Assembly (NCBI GenBank): GCA_037076615.1
Contig: AP029158.1
Location: 5,470 to 69,469 of the forward strand
Origin: Candidatus Parcubacteria bacterium
Lineage (GTDB): Bacteria > Patescibacteriota > Patescibacteriia > Patescibacteriales > UBA12465
Length of the DNA stretch: 64,000 bases
Direction: 5' to 3'
The translations under genes were made by a program, and so were the position numbers. This document shows positions 63,892 through 64,000 of the stretch, piece after piece (the stretch's first letter is position 1; each line of letters starts with the position of its first letter). The notes beneath the pieces were generated by a model, which saw only the letters and a program-made list of their open reading frames with translations, had not been told where the DNA came from and did not search any database.

Positions 63892-64000
63892 ACATTGTGG
63901 GTCTGGCCGTCAAATTAAAGGACTGTAATATTTTACAGCACTAAGTATTTGCCGGTCAGAACAAGATTATTTATTTAATTAATTATTTATTTAGTTTTTA

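Overview
By eye this is an AT-rich chromosomal segment from a small-genome bacterium. It best fits Patescibacteria/CPR, though that assignment is an inference. Supporting signs are a 23S-5S pair with no adjacent 16S, a CPR-type 'T4SS pilin-like' small membrane protein, a bacterial Elp3, RNase J plus RNase Y, and charged low-complexity tails on housekeeping proteins. The standard genetic code is in use, since TGA clearly acts as a stop. Most of the window is a conserved core: translation and RNA-turnover genes (infC-rpmI-rplT, infB-rbfA, rpsA, rpmF, rpsP, trmD, pnp, rnc, rnj, rny, nusA, nusB, smpB plus tmRNA, tig), C1 metabolism (glyA, folD), and recA, recQ, ftsH, pilT and a membrane pyrophosphatase. 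It also holds 8 tRNAs, a tmRNA and a 23S-5S rRNA pair. The one clearly accessory region is about 29.6-40.0 kb, wedged between rnj and rpsA. It contains an intact IS481-like element with perfect 18-bp inverted repeats and two decayed rve-transposase relics. It also carries two copies of a three-gene set (FISUMP-domain lipoprotein, cysteine-rich secreted protein, small single-pass membrane protein). The second copy runs into a tightly overlapped operon that adds an 8-TM-like membrane protein, an unknown protein and a CDP-archaeol-synthase (CarS/DUF46)-like enzyme. I consider this island the best candidate for an undescribed cell-surface or host-interaction system. Secondary oddities: a double-glycine-leader-like Cys-rich micro-protein between two tRNAs; A7 slippery tracts exactly at two gene junctions; a repeated terminator-like element bracketing a start-less HExxH peptidase gene; a promoter-microORF-terminator unit upstream of the 23S; and a CsoR-type operator overlapping its own promoter. 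No CRISPR array, reverse transcriptase or known defence gene was seen. All calls come from reading the sequence and ORF translations. No database search or numerical computation was run.
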